Made by a program: the position numbers and the translations under genes. A stretch of DNA of 61,310 nt, filler included, from Sphacelaria rigidula (taxonomy: Eukaryota), in NCBI GenBank assembly GCA_964200075.2. It is 4 parts of 4 records of this genome, joined end to end, with 100 filler letters (N's around TTAATTAATTAA, not from the genome) between each part and the next. Parts side by side here need not be neighbours in the genome. Positions count along the whole stretch, not along the records: positions 46,060 to 61,310 come from CAXNAA020001839.1; 3 more parts are not named here. One strand, given 5' to 3'. Each line of letters begins with the position of its first letter. Position 1 is the first letter of the stretch. Shown in pieces: positions 49,701-61,310 of the stretch. Below the pieces are notes generated by a model. That model was given only the letters and a program-made list of their open reading frames with translations. It was not told the origin of the DNA and made no database searches.

Positions 49701-52700
49701 GAGGGCTTCAGCAGTCCCTTCCCCTCGTCGACCGTTAAGTCGACTTTCGTGTACCCGCGACGAAGTCGCCTTCCACTGTTGGGCATGGTGTGAGGAAAAT
49801 CCCAGATCTCTCCGAGATTTGAACCCACGAGCCAACCGTCACAAGGTTTCAAGGTTACCAACTGAGCCACCGGGGCGACCGGCTTAAGATTATTGGCGGA
49901 AATGGGCGAGTTTAATCGTGGTTCGTCGATGGGTTTGAAGTGAGATAGCCGGGTAATTATCGGGATTTAGAGCGTGGATGCTGTGGTGCTGAGGTAAGAT
50001 AGCGTATGCGCAGACGACTTCGATGGAATATTCCCGTGAAATTTTGAAGGGGTATCGACGGCGAATTATGGGCACGTAGAGGGTGCATGCTGCAGAGGTT
50101 ACGTGCGGTAAGATTATAAGCGGAATTGGGCAAGTTTAATCATGGCTCGTCGATGAGTTTGATGTGATATAGCCGGAGGTGACTTCACCACTCGGTAGTT
50201 GACATATATTTCTCGAAAACTCATGGTTTGTGCAGGTGCTGATGCACTTCGAATAACACTAACCCTAACCCCAACCCCAACCCCAACCCCAACGAAGACA
50301 TACCGAGAACCCTCGGGCAAGGGGGGTGCAACGTGTTCCACAGGCGAAGTGTGCGGTGCCAGACCTCAAATCNNNNNNNNNNCCCAGGCGCCGATTTAGA
50401 CAAAAACGCGTTCTGCGCACGCTAGGAGCATGCCAGGAGCATAGCCCCCTCCAAAGATCCGGATTTCGGTGTTCACACTAAAATCCAATACTGCGCCTGT
50501 CCACAAACGGGAAATTTCCGAGAAATATCTGTCAACTACCGAGTGGTAAAGTCTACTGTATAGCCGGGCAATTGTCGGGACTTAGAGGGTGGATGCTGTA
50601 GTGGTGTAAGTGCCGTGGTACAGAGCATGTCGGATCGACGAGTCATCGCGAGTAGGCGTGGGGAGGACGGCGTAGCAGTTTAACATACATCACGCGACGA
50701 TGAATTGGCGTTGACGACGAGAGATGACCGTAGGGAAGAGCGGGTGAGAAACTCGGGGGGCGACACGGTATGTGCTCATAATGTTCTCCTTTCTACAGTT
50801 GGGCTCCACCTTAGAAAGAACAGTGCATGAGGTCCGTGACCTCTGAAGGTGGGTGCACGGTACGAGGTATAACGTCGGTGACAGTGCGCGAGGTTTTAGT
50901 GTACGTCTGAGAAACGTCTGCAGGATGTTCAGGAACAGCAATTAATTTCAAAAAAGTGTTTTTCAGGACGAGGGGACGCCAAATATATGGAGCGAATACC
51001 TAGTGTCTCCCGATCAGCAAAACTTTGGGATCAAACGTTCACTGGGGTGAGCGGTGGCACACGAAGACACTCTTCAATATCGCCGACTACAAAAAATGAC
51101 AAAAATTCCCTATTCCACCTGCAAACTACTGTATCGAAAGTCAAGCACAATGGGGTCTGTAGATCCAAGATTTCGATGTACGATATATGGGAATAAATGT
51201 AGCCAAAAATGTGCCAAAAGGGGCTCGACGCAGATGAATAGAGGCTGTGTATATTGATCCAAAATGGAATCAAAGAAATGCCCGGGAATCAGACGGTAGC
51301 AATACTGGCACAAGTGCGAACATCGACGATTTTTCGACAAGATGACTGGCCAAAATAACAAAAAAAATCAAGAATCGGCTCGCCCGGTTTCTTTCGTACT
51401 CTTCAAAAGACGTGCTTTCTTGGGGGTATGGTTTCATGTCTTAAATGCAGGTGTAGAGAGCGCCACGTGTTCAGGATGTACATTCCGCCGGAGGTTGATA
51501 CACATATGTACAAAGGTTTTGACACTTCGCGCCACCGCTCAAATCGAGCGATTCCAAAGCAATGGATAGTGTGAAGTGTTCGGCGCTGGAGATATGATGT
51601 GGAGAAAATCAAAACTTTTGAGGAAAAAATGGGATTAAAAAAAGAGGATAACTCCTTGTGTGTAGACTGGCAATCGCATACGCAACTTTGTCGTTCGGAT
51701 TGTTCATTGGTCATGATCAAGCTGCACAGGATACACTCATGATTATCCCCCAAACACTGTCGACGAAAAGATCCCACAGATAATAAAAAATCTAACGAAC
51801 TGCACGGAACTAATCGCTGTCGGTCAGAAGCCGACGCAAAGACCTCACACAAGACACTGATTTTATACTGATCCTATGCAACAACAAAACTCAACCGTTG
51901 GGTGCACTGAAGACACCACCGCTCAGGGAATAGGGCTGAAATGACGCACTGGAGAACTCCCAGACCCCCACAATCCGAGGAAAGCGTTTATGCACCGAAG
52001 GGGCTGCACATAAGCGATACGTACATCCGGGGGCATTTCCGCCGCACCCCAGACCAAAACCTCATGGGTCCACTTCTTATATGGATAGAGAAATCCAACG
52101 GTCCGACCGTCGATTGGGGAAGGCGCCAAAACCGAGGTGCCTTTTGCGGTACTAGCCCTCTCTTCACTGGAAAATGACCAACTTACATGCGAAATTACAT
52201 ATTCGGGGTGTTTCAGGCGGGCTATTACAAGGGCAACCCGGAAATCTCATCTATCCTGTCGAGTTAGTGGAGGCAGGAAGAAACTTGTGGCCGAATCGGA
52301 TAAAGCCCGGCTTCGAAAATGCCGAATGAAGTTCCAGCACCTTGACCGACGGGTCCTGACCAATGCCGTCGAATTTAGACCAACTTGCGGGCTCATGTTG
52401 CCCATCACTTGTTTAGGCTGTTTTAGTGCATTCAAGACCCCAACTAGAGTCGAAAATTTAGTGCATGCACTTACGCCTACACAAAACACATCTTCAATGC
52501 ACTCGTAGTATCTCAGGGTGGTATCCACCGTTTCGTCCTGTCCACGGTTAGGACGAATCATCACGACTAAGCATAAGGAAATCCACGATTTCTTTGGCCT
52601 GATTACCCAAAAGGGAGAAAGAAGTTGACCGCTGGTCCAAGGGGTATTGACGCACCCTCTGCGCCATTCCGCGTGTCTGGGCTGCGTGTACCTGGGTTGC

Positions 52701-55700
52701 AACGCTGAAAACAAAGCCTAGGGATTGATTCGTACGAGTCGAATCAGTCATACTAAAACCAAGTAATTTCAAGACGAATAATTATTTATCTGACCCTTGG
52801 TCCTGTCGCAAATGAACGTCGGTGCTCGCGATTACCCGAGGGATACATGGTAAGGGTGCCCATATCTCCGGATACCTCTCATGCGTTCAGAAGCACCATC
52901 AGGCAGTCCGCCCACAAACGGATCATACGTTAAATAACACCACCTCGGGAAAGGATGTTTGGGGAGGAGAAAAGCCCATCTCATTCGGGGAGGGGGTGAG
53001 CGGTGGTCTGCAATCAGCATGTAGAATGTATACGTTACAGTGACCACTCGCTGTTCAGGTGCATCGTCATTCGCCGTTCGCATTCAACAGGCCCCAACGG
53101 TCAGATTATGATCCCACCGCGTACTCAGAGAGGGTATGGAAAAATATGTTCGTGGTGTCTACAGTTCCGTCAAGTAAAATGAAAGCTATCCCTACTTAAA
53201 GTATGTTGCAGGCTTTCTGTTGGCACCGACCACGTGTTCAGATTCATTGTTGTCTGGCCGTACATGGCTCACGCGTCGGATAACACCCACTGATTGCTGA
53301 GAATGTTCGGGGAGGGGGTGAGTTGATTCGATCCCCGGAGAGGAGGGGCGGGGGGATGGGGGGCAAGGGTCATAAAGCAGATTCATCAGTAAGATAGGGT
53401 GAGTGCGTTCGAACGGCACTTCCTGCGTATTAGGGGTATCGTCGTTCATATGGAATATGTTCTTACGGTAGATACGACCCTGCGCGTACTTGAGGAAAAT
53501 ATGGAACCATATCTTCCCCGGGGTGTCTGTTGTCCCGTTACATGTAAGAAAAACTGAATGTACCACTAGTTGGGTAGATTGCAGGCTCTCTATAGGTACC
53601 GGCCACGTTCAGATTCATCGTTGTCCAACTATGAGCGGCTGAAGCGGTGGGCAGCCCGCTGGAGTTTTCGGGTAGAGGATGCGTTGATTTCAGCTCCAGG
53701 AAAGGAGATAGGGGGACGAAGGGGTCATGAAGCACTACGGTGGGGGTGAATACGTTCGAGGGAAGCCTCCCGCGTGCTTGGGGGTATCACCATTCGTGTG
53801 TAAATGCGTACGTAACGAGCCAGAACAGAAGGTATCACCCTCCATCGTGCTTGGGAAGGGAATGAAGCGGTTTCATCCTCGGGTCGGGAGACACGGGCGG
53901 TCGGGGATAAAAATTTCATTGTTTCCACGTTCTATCGGTGCATTTATGCATTCAGGTGCATCTCCATTCGTGCGTAACAGGCCAAACGGTAGATATACCC
54001 ACCCGTCTGGCTTTTCTCATTATCATGTTTTGTTTTGAGGAGGGGGGGGGGGGGGTACTCATGACCTTGCATGTTGTAGTCCCTACCGAGCCGGGACATA
54101 ACACACCGAATTTTCGCCGGGCCAGGCTCGCATTCACTCACCAAGCGCGAGGCGCCGTGGTGTGTTCGGCGACTCGCATGAATGATGAGCTGCATCCTGC
54201 TGAAATTGTTCGGCCCGAGGCGTGCCTATTATCTTGCATTAGGGTGACAGCCTCCAATGAGTAGCTTCAGTTTTTAAAATCGCCACTTCCAGAGACAGCC
54301 GCGGGTTACACACTGCCTCATGGGTGTAGTGTGATCATCCCCTTTGCGCGGAATTGGGGTTATCCCACCCCGCACAATATGATATAGCCCGACCACCATT
54401 ATGTTTACCGTGAAAATAACGCGATCGCGCAAAACAAATCGGTAACCCGGTTGCCTAGCTTACGCAGTGAGTGGCGTGTTTAACAGCGTCATTGCCAACC
54501 GACGCCAATCCCACAGGGGGTCCGTCCCTACAAAGCTGGGATGGATCACGCCGGGATTTCGCTGAACAATATATATATGCATATATTTGGGGGGGGGGGG
54601 ACGTGTACGTGTTTGTGTGTGTTGTCACCCCATCTATTCTGGACGCCAGTCTATAAGCAGTCCATAAGCCGGTCGCCCCAGTGGCTCAGTTGGTAACCTC
54701 GAAACCCTCTGACAGTTGGGTCTTGGGTTCAAATCTCGGAGTGATCTGGGATTTTTCCCACACCTTGCCTAATAGTGGAGAGCGACTGTGTCGTGGGTAC
54801 ACAAAATTCGACTTGACGGTCGACGAGGGAAAGGAACTTTTGAACCCCTTTCGCTATAAAAAATAAAGGCGAGCACCGCAGAAGGAAGGTGAGGTGCTGA
54901 AGACAAATAAAAAAAAGCCCCGTGTTGATCCTCCTCCTGTATGACCCCGGCTGGTGCGCCCACATATACCGAAAGGTGTAGCCCGGCGTCCAGAATAGAA
55001 GGGACGTCAACACACACACACACAGTCTGCACCTTTCGGGATATGTGGGCGCATCAGCCGGGGTCAGACAGGAGGAAGGTCAACGCAGGAGTTTCTTTCT
55101 TATTTATATTGTTTTAGTACTCCACTCTCCTTCTGCGGTGCATACCATATTTTTTAATCGCGAGAGGGGTTCAGCAGCCCCTTTTCCTCGTCGACCGTGA
55201 AATCGGATTTTGTGTACCCACGACAGAGTCGACATAGTCGCCCTTCACCGTAGGATGTGTGAGAAAAAGTATCAGATGAGTGCAATAAATCCCAGGTCAA
55301 GGTGCTGCTTTTTGTCTCTTCAATTTCAAAAATGTAAAATATCCCAAAATATTTTTTCCATAATCTAAAAGTACCGTCATTCGTCTGCTACAGACCAATA
55401 CGGCGAATATCACCCGCCAAATTCACGTTAGTAACTACCGCAGGGACGGGAATTTTCTCGTCCCTGCGTCACTATGCACCCCGGCCCAAATCTGATTTCA
55501 CCAATGTTGCTGACAAACCGTTATGCGCCATCTATCAAGTTTTGAGCTTTTTATGAAATTTGCTATGTATTGCAAATCGGAAATCTGAAAAACAAGGGCC
55601 TGGACTACCGAGGATGCGCCGCCCGGGGTAGTAAGTTACCGGGCGGTTTCTTTCGTGTGTGAAGATGGGAAACACAATATTAACAAGAAATGCAATATGG

Positions 55701-58700
55701 CCAGCCTCGATCCCCCTTCCTGCGCTACATCAGTGAGTTGCGTTGCACATCCAGCAACATGGACAGCGCTTTTGACTTGTATTTGACAGGCAAATTCCTG
55801 TACTTTAACCGACTTCTTTCTCGGCGGTGACTGACGCATCCAACCCCCGTGAACCCTCAAGTTTAACGCTACCCTACCCGAAACCCATACGCCAGAGCTT
55901 GGATGGTGTGCATGGTGAGCTTCGAGGTTGGTGTTCCTTAGACAGGTGCTAGGTCGGTGTAGTGTTAGGCGGAGCGAAAATGTCTGGTCTGGGTGCATAT
56001 CTCAACTGCAACCCCCCCGGGTGCGTCAATTTGTTTTTGTCAATCCGAACACAGCAAAAGCGGACTAGCGAAAAGGTCTCTAGAACGGGATCGCCCGCCA
56101 ATCTACACTATACTAGCAAACGATGCAAACTTGACACTGAGCAGGAGACCCGTACGCACGATAGATAGTATGATATTACTACTACAGAAACTCCCCCGGT
56201 AGTGGTAGTCATCACGGGAGAAAATCGAACCAATTCAATGCAATCACAGCAATTTGGTAAAAGTTCAAATCGTACGGCTTCAAACGGAAAAGTCTTCCTC
56301 TGGGCGAAAAAGAAGCGAACGTCTGCTTGAACATACCACGGTACATCTCCACACTGTTGTTTTCTGTACCTGTGTGTGTACTGCAGTAGTAGTGTACTAT
56401 AAAATCGTTCGTCCCACTGGACGCGCTGAGATATCGGTCTGTTTCCTGAAATTTGTGTGCCAGTGCATGTGTCCCATCTATTGTGTGGAATCATTTGATG
56501 ACGTGACGATGTTAGAGGCGAAGGATTGCCAGCAGCAGTTCATCCAATTACAGAGGCATGGCGGCTCAAGTGATATGTATATTACAATTTTTGGTATCGC
56601 GAACGAGATGGACGATATGAAGGAGTACCAACATACAGCAATGCACACAGCGGCAGAGCGGACAGGCCGCCGAAACGATGCACTGCAAAACTTAGCGTCA
56701 ACGTACCTGACGTCACATGCTTCACCAGACCACCGCAATGCGACTCCAGAAAAGAGAATAATGTCGCCCGACCAATCCGCAGATAAAAAGACCGGTACAT
56801 ACGATTAACGATTTGATCGATGTTGCTCTACAAAATGCTCCGGTAGTGATGTACATTTTGGGGAGAAGTCACAGCGTATTGCTCCAGACGGAAAAGTCTC
56901 TACGCGTAAAAAAATTGCATATCTGCAACGAAAGACCTCGGAAATATCAAGACCTGCTGCTGACGAGCGATAAGCCAGAGCGATCTAAGCCAAGGCAATG
57001 TACTTGTCAGCGGTGATATTCAAGGGCATGATCATATTGCGACTGACGACGCAGCGCTCAGCGAAATTGATCTCAGCCAAGGCAATGTATTTGTAAGCGC
57101 GGTGATATTCGGGGACCTGATGATATTAAGTGAGCAGTTGATAATTGTCAACGTCAGTCAAGATCGGGATCGATCTTCACACAGGCTTTTACATTATTTT
57201 CTAGGGTTGGGTACTGGCGCAGCCAGCTAGGATCCGGTATACTGGCCCCGCTGCAGGCGCTTTTTACGCGATTTGGCTTCACTAGAGTCTATAACTGAGT
57301 GGTTTTTGACCAACCTAAGAGGCACTATTTCGGGAGACAACGTCTATTACAACGCCCACATTAATTGTTTTCAAGTCAAGGAAAATGTGAGAAGAAAAAT
57401 AAATAAATGTGCCACAAATGTTGCGATCCTCATCAACTCCAGCATCGTGGTAAGGCCAACACACACGATTTGTTGCAATTGGAGTGTATGGTGTGTCTTA
57501 AATCTAAACAATTACAGAACACTTCGGACTTCCGAACAAAAAATAGAGAGAGCAGGTCCATAGTAGCGCTTGACGGCACAGGGCGTGAGCACCCTTCACT
57601 ATTGATCATAGGACAGCCTCTCGCACAAGAAACTAAACGAAAAATACAGCAGCCCTGAACGTGTATAAATACCGCATCTGCTGACGCAGCGGGTGCGGCT
57701 GCTGACGCAGCAGGCCCCGCGGTACCACCACCACCGGGGTCTGCTACCGGCGGACTGCCAGACGTAAAAATCCTTTGCACCGTTCTAATGGTCTCCTGCT
57801 GTGTGCTGCGCGTGCTTTGTGTGATGTGTTCTCTCCTTTAAGGCGGCATGGCGGCGCCATTTGGATGGGTTTCCGCTGGCTTTTGAGGCGTTTTGTGGGA
57901 CGTGCGGAAGTTGTGTATGTACTGGAGGTATTGGCTGCCCATTTGCCAGATCTTAGGAACTGCCAGTACGCACTGGTTCAGTATCCGACCCTATTATTTA
58001 CAGACAGTACCCTTCTTCCCTTAGATGCGCAGGACACGTCTGTGCCACGGCGCGGCATGCGGTGAGCTCCAAACAACCAAAATGCTACAGAAAGGGATCA
58101 AGCTGGGTAGTAGTGGCGTGATGGAAAGGTAGCCACGAAGAAGGAAAGAGAGAGAGAGTAATATGGAGAGGCAGTCGTGGCCAACAGAGAGAGGGAGGGG
58201 CTGACGGTCAGGAGGGGGAATAGAGGGGGGGTGGCGGCAAAACAAACATCTTCCCGGAAAATCCCGATGATAATATGGGAAACAAAATACTGGGGCATGG
58301 TTGATTGCCGAGAAAGTTCTCGAAAAAAATGCCGCGCTCTGGTGCATTACAATCCTGCGTTTCTGGATAAATGCCAACCCGTAAAAGAGTCATGTGTGTA
58401 TGTGTGCTGGTGTGTGCATATAACTATAAGCAAGTGCCTGTGCTTGGTCCATGGTCATTACCCATTAATGTCACACTCCCTTACCCTTCGTGGGCGCTAC
58501 ACAGCGCTTCGGGATCCACGTTCTTGTAATCATCAGATTCACCGCCGTCACCGACAGCAGATGGCTTGGTGCAACACGCCAGCTGCTCCCCGCTGAACGA
58601 AGGACAGCAAAAGCCTGTGGTGATGCCCAGCGCAACGCATCCCGGATTTGTCGCACAAGCAGCAGGTCCCTGGAAAATGTAGTGAACCCCCCCCCAAAAC

Positions 58701-59213
58701 ACACACACACACACCCCAGCGTGAAGGGTGGGGCAAGCGCGAGAACAACGAGAATACGAAATTTCATGACGAAGGTAAAACGGCGTATGAGAAATTATCT
58801 GTTACACTTTGGTGGAATTCCCATCGAATGCAACCAACAAATAATCATGAAAACACAAGAACACCGTCAATCTCACCAGCGCCCATCATGAACGCAAAAA
58901 GAAGGATGAGGTTCCCCGCAAGGGCTGCCTATTTGCGCCTTCAACAGACAGAGTGCGTGGCTGGTGCGTAGCGACACCTCGATTGCCCACAGTCCCTGTG
59001 GGATACTGTAGGGAATTTTCAGCCAAGGGCAGCAGTCGAAAGAGAGGCTACGCCAAGCGCTGCGGTAGAGGAGTCCTGGAGTTTCAGCTATGGGCAATGG
59101 TTGGCGTACTATACGCCGCGTTTGTAGGGGCATCAATCTTCTGGGGGCGTGTCGGCTGCGTAATGTACAATGGCCGTGGCGTACTCATAGCATCGCCATC
59201 AACAACAACAGCA

Positions 59214-59253
<40 letters not shown>

Positions 59254-59410
59254 CCGTGGTCAGAGTAAATACAGGAATACAGGGCCTATTTCCACTCGAC
59301 ATCTTCCTCGGTCGACATCAAACCTGTTCTTCGCCGTCCACATAGCTGGGACAGCAGCCCCTCATTTCGCCATCCGAGCCGGGACAGCAGTTCTCGTGTT
59401 GCACGAGGCC
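46741..59410 (-). CDS. Cysteine-rich repeat protein, 5'-partial; exons 59410-59324, 58669-58485, 47176-46741
   Basis: In-phase splicing gives GLVQHENCCPGSDGEMRGCC...EEQ-GPAACATNPGCVALGITTGFCCPSFSGEQLACC...ALCSAHEG-CSLLEGTCCPNDSGIFLSCC...ACARHDGCGNLGGDCCPTAAGDYLACC...ACAGHEGCASLAGDCCPNQEGAYLACCSV*; the GG|T junction restores one repeat across an 11.3-kb intron. Confidence 0.85.
48642..48816. ncRNA. 175-nt intronic foldback (candidate miRNA precursor or palindromic MITE)
   Basis: Arm 48642-48724 pairs with 48734-48816 without indels around a 9-nt loop; mismatches are mostly G:T or A:C. Confidence 0.5.
49523..49883 (-). mobile_element. tRNA-derived SINE, full length
   Basis: Reverse complement of the 34546-34920 family; head ...ccaactgagccaccggggcgaccggc at 49858-49883. 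Confidence 0.88.
50176..50558. mobile_element. hAT-like MITE with ~35-bp TIRs, 8-bp TSD and telomere-like tract
   Basis: TIR gacttcaccactcggtagttgacatatatttctcg versus cgagaaatatctgtcaactaccgagtggtaaagtc; TSD tatagccg at 50168-50175 and 50559-50566; right end reads CAGTAGAC on the minus strand; internal ctaaccctaacc(ccaacc)n. Confidence 0.85.
53205..53850. repeat. Degenerate tandem duplication, ~370-bp period
   Basis: gcaggct.tct.t.gg.accg.ccacg..ttcagattcat.gttgtc at 53208 and 53581, with collinear downstream similarity. Confidence 0.6.
54040..54525. repeat. Dispersed ~500-bp repeat, copy of 43070-43600
   Basis: Collinear direct similarity. Confidence 0.8.
54668..55024 (+). mobile_element. 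tRNA-derived SINE, full length
   Basis: gccggtcgccccagtggctcagttggta...ggttcaaatctc...ccagaatagaaggga (CA)n. Confidence 0.88.
55025..55262 (-). mobile_element. Truncated SINE copy in inverted, tail-to-tail orientation
   Basis: cacctttcgg..atatgtgggcgcatcagccggggtca...ccttctgcggtgc...cctcgtcgaccgt...tgtgtacccacgaca is the reverse complement of the SINE body. Confidence 0.8.
59199..59254. repeat. (ACA/ACG)n trinucleotide microsatellite, intronic
   Basis: caacaacaacagcaacgacaacgacgacgac...gatgacgac. Confidence 0.85.
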
Positions 59411-59937
59411 CTGGAATGACCACGAACAGCGTGTGTGTTGTGCACAACGAGTGAAGGAGGGGACGGGGAATAAACGGGCTGAATGGGTGGATGCGTGTGT
59501 GTGTGTAATACTTCAGTGTGTGTGCCATACTCCAGCGTGTGTGTCTCATTCCGAGCATCGGTTGCGATACGCGTCACGCCCTCGTGATGAAAACCTTCCA
59601 GACGACGACCCAAGGAACGACAGAACCGCGATCGATGCCTGTCTCGTCCCCCCCTCCCCCCATCCCCCCCGCAAACCTTGAGTTTCACCCCTCCAATCAC
59701 ATGCAAAAAACAATAAATACACGCACCATTGGTTATGCATATGCCACCACGACAAAATGACAGGTGGCTGATTTATCAAATAAGCTACGTAAAGTAGCCA
59801 CACGAGGTGGTCCGGGAAAGAAACCCCAAACACAGTCGGAAGTCAACTCTCGCGCCGTTTCCAGGAGGTGGGAAATGGAATGTTGCACACGACTGCAAGG
59901 GCTAGCCCGACGCCGCCCGTATTTGTGGAGGATACCC

Positions 59938-60340
59938 CTCGATTCACCGGGTTTCTTGGGGGTCCCCGGCCATTTTCAGCTGTAGCAGACCCCAAGAAAC
60001 CGGCGAAACCGAGCGAATTTTTATGAGTACAAAAAACGGGCGACGCGTTGGCCTTGTCATCAGGGACGCAAAAGAGAGAAACTAATTTCCACAGATCTTG
60101 AAATCAGCGCTGAACAACTTGAGCATACCGTGGAATTGTTCCGAAAGTGTCATACCGGCTGTTTCCGCGAGGACTCTCCACGGGGTAGGAAATGACTTTT
60201 CAACAACACACGTAGTTCTGAAGCAAAGCCCGAGGTATGTCGGTATCCGCGCAAAGTTGTTTTCGCTCGGTTTCGCCAACTTTCTGGGGGTCCTCAGCCG
60301 CCGTCGGTCCCCCGGCCGCCTAAAGCGGCCGGGGACAACC
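59938..60340. repeat. Nested inverted-repeat (foldback/MITE-like) segment
   Basis: gggtttcttgggggtc (59950) / gaccccaagaaaccggcgaaaccgagcgaa (59988) / ttcgctcggtttcgccaactttctgggggtc (60262); GC hairpin ccccggccgc-ctaaa-gcggccgggg near 60310-60334. Confidence 0.6.
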
Positions 60341-61310
60341 CTCGACAAAAGGGAGAAATCAAGTGAGAGAGAATTCGCACACACATGCACAGACACACAG
60401 GTGACCTCTCGGGGTCGCCTTTAAAACTATGCCCGTAACCTGCGGTTCCCCAACTCTTTCTAAATGGCCCCATAAAATGGAACATGACATTGCTTTCAAC
60501 TTGTGGGAAGGCCCCGAACCGCGCTCCACGCTTACCGCAGATGGACCACCAGGTATAACAACAGCATGCGGCGCATCTCTACGAGAACACAAACGAAAAG
60601 AGCGTGACTTATGTTTCAGAGATTTCCCTTCACCAAATCCTAAATGGGTCGATACCGCCTGCTTCGCACGCGGCTGGCGACCCGCCCACCAGGGCCTGGC
60701 ACTGACAAGGAGGACACGCTACGGTGTTCCTACATCCCAAGGAGGCGTTCAGATACGTCATTGGTCTTCAACGGTTTCATGAATGTGGACAATATATAGG
60801 GCGACCACAACTGGGGATTTACTTCCGCGGACCAGCTCGTTGAACACCGTGTACATTTAACCGTGCGCTGTACAGGAACCCACCCCCGCCCCTCGGATAA
60901 ATAGGGAACACCCCGAGTGGTATGTTTTAGGTTGTTTTGGGTACAATATAGATACTCACAGAACTCTACCGGGATGCGTTGAACGCCATGCCCACCTGGG
61001 TGAATTGTTGACTATCGACAAATGGTAACTCGGCAGGAAAATATGCTGGGTGCTACAGTAGTACGGCATACTGTACGCTTCGCTCACCCTTGCATTGCAT
61101 GCAGAATTAGCCTCGCACTGCGGCTGTATCTCCACAACCTCGGTGAAGTCCGACGCGTTATACGATCCTTGTTTTCGTTACCAGGCATTAATTTGACATA
61201 TCAGCGGGGAGAAGGGGGGGGGGGGGGGGGGGGGACTCAAAAAAAAAAATAAAAGGGGAAAAAAACCATGAACCCCCCGCCCCAACAAAGCGGGGGGGGG
61301 GGACCCCGGG

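Larger units (their letters stand above)
49290..50610. repeat. ~225-bp tandem repeat (3 copies plus a partial), interrupted by a SINE and a MITE
   Basis: Units start near 49290, 49890 and 50115 and share gtttaatc.tgg.t.gt.gatg.gtt.ga.gtga.atagccgg...gagggtgcatgctgcag.ggttac.tgcggt.agatt. Confidence 0.8.

Noticed and set aside
57660-57775. Ala/Gly/Pro-rich minus-strand stretch as an extra exon in the 11.3-kb intron
   Set aside because: The flanking exons already join in phase to complete a Cys repeat, and insertion here would split it
60537-60579. 43-nt minus-strand exon-like segment with good acceptor and gtaagc donor, a possible upstream exon of the Cys-repeat gene
   Set aside because: Frame is ambiguous and it does not supply the expected first half of the repeat; needs transcript data

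Overview
Eukaryotic, intron- and repeat-rich genomic DNA; a stramenopile, probably a brown alga, is inferred from gene architecture and repeat types. The window is not contiguous. It is four unrelated contigs (1-15254, 15355-30607, 30708-45959, 46060-61310; lengths 15254/15253/15252/15251) joined by artificial N44-TTAATTAATTAA-N44 linkers. Contig 1 holds internal exons of a TKL-type protein kinase (+), followed by decayed RTE-like LINEs and a ~44-bp tandem array. Contig 2 holds six phase-0 exons of an unknown protein (-) and repeats. Contig 3 holds a complete three-exon RPB12/POLR2K (+) convergent with a 5'-truncated GET3/ASNA1 (-). That GET3 gene has two GC-AG introns, two AAG acceptors and decayed intronic copies of its own exon end. 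Contig 4 holds a gene (-) encoding five copies of a six-cysteine repeat; its 11.3-kb intron contains a 175-nt foldback (miRNA candidate), tRNA-derived SINEs, a ~225-bp tandem array and a hAT-like MITE with telomere-like repeats. All gene models were assembled by eye from splice signals and reading frame.
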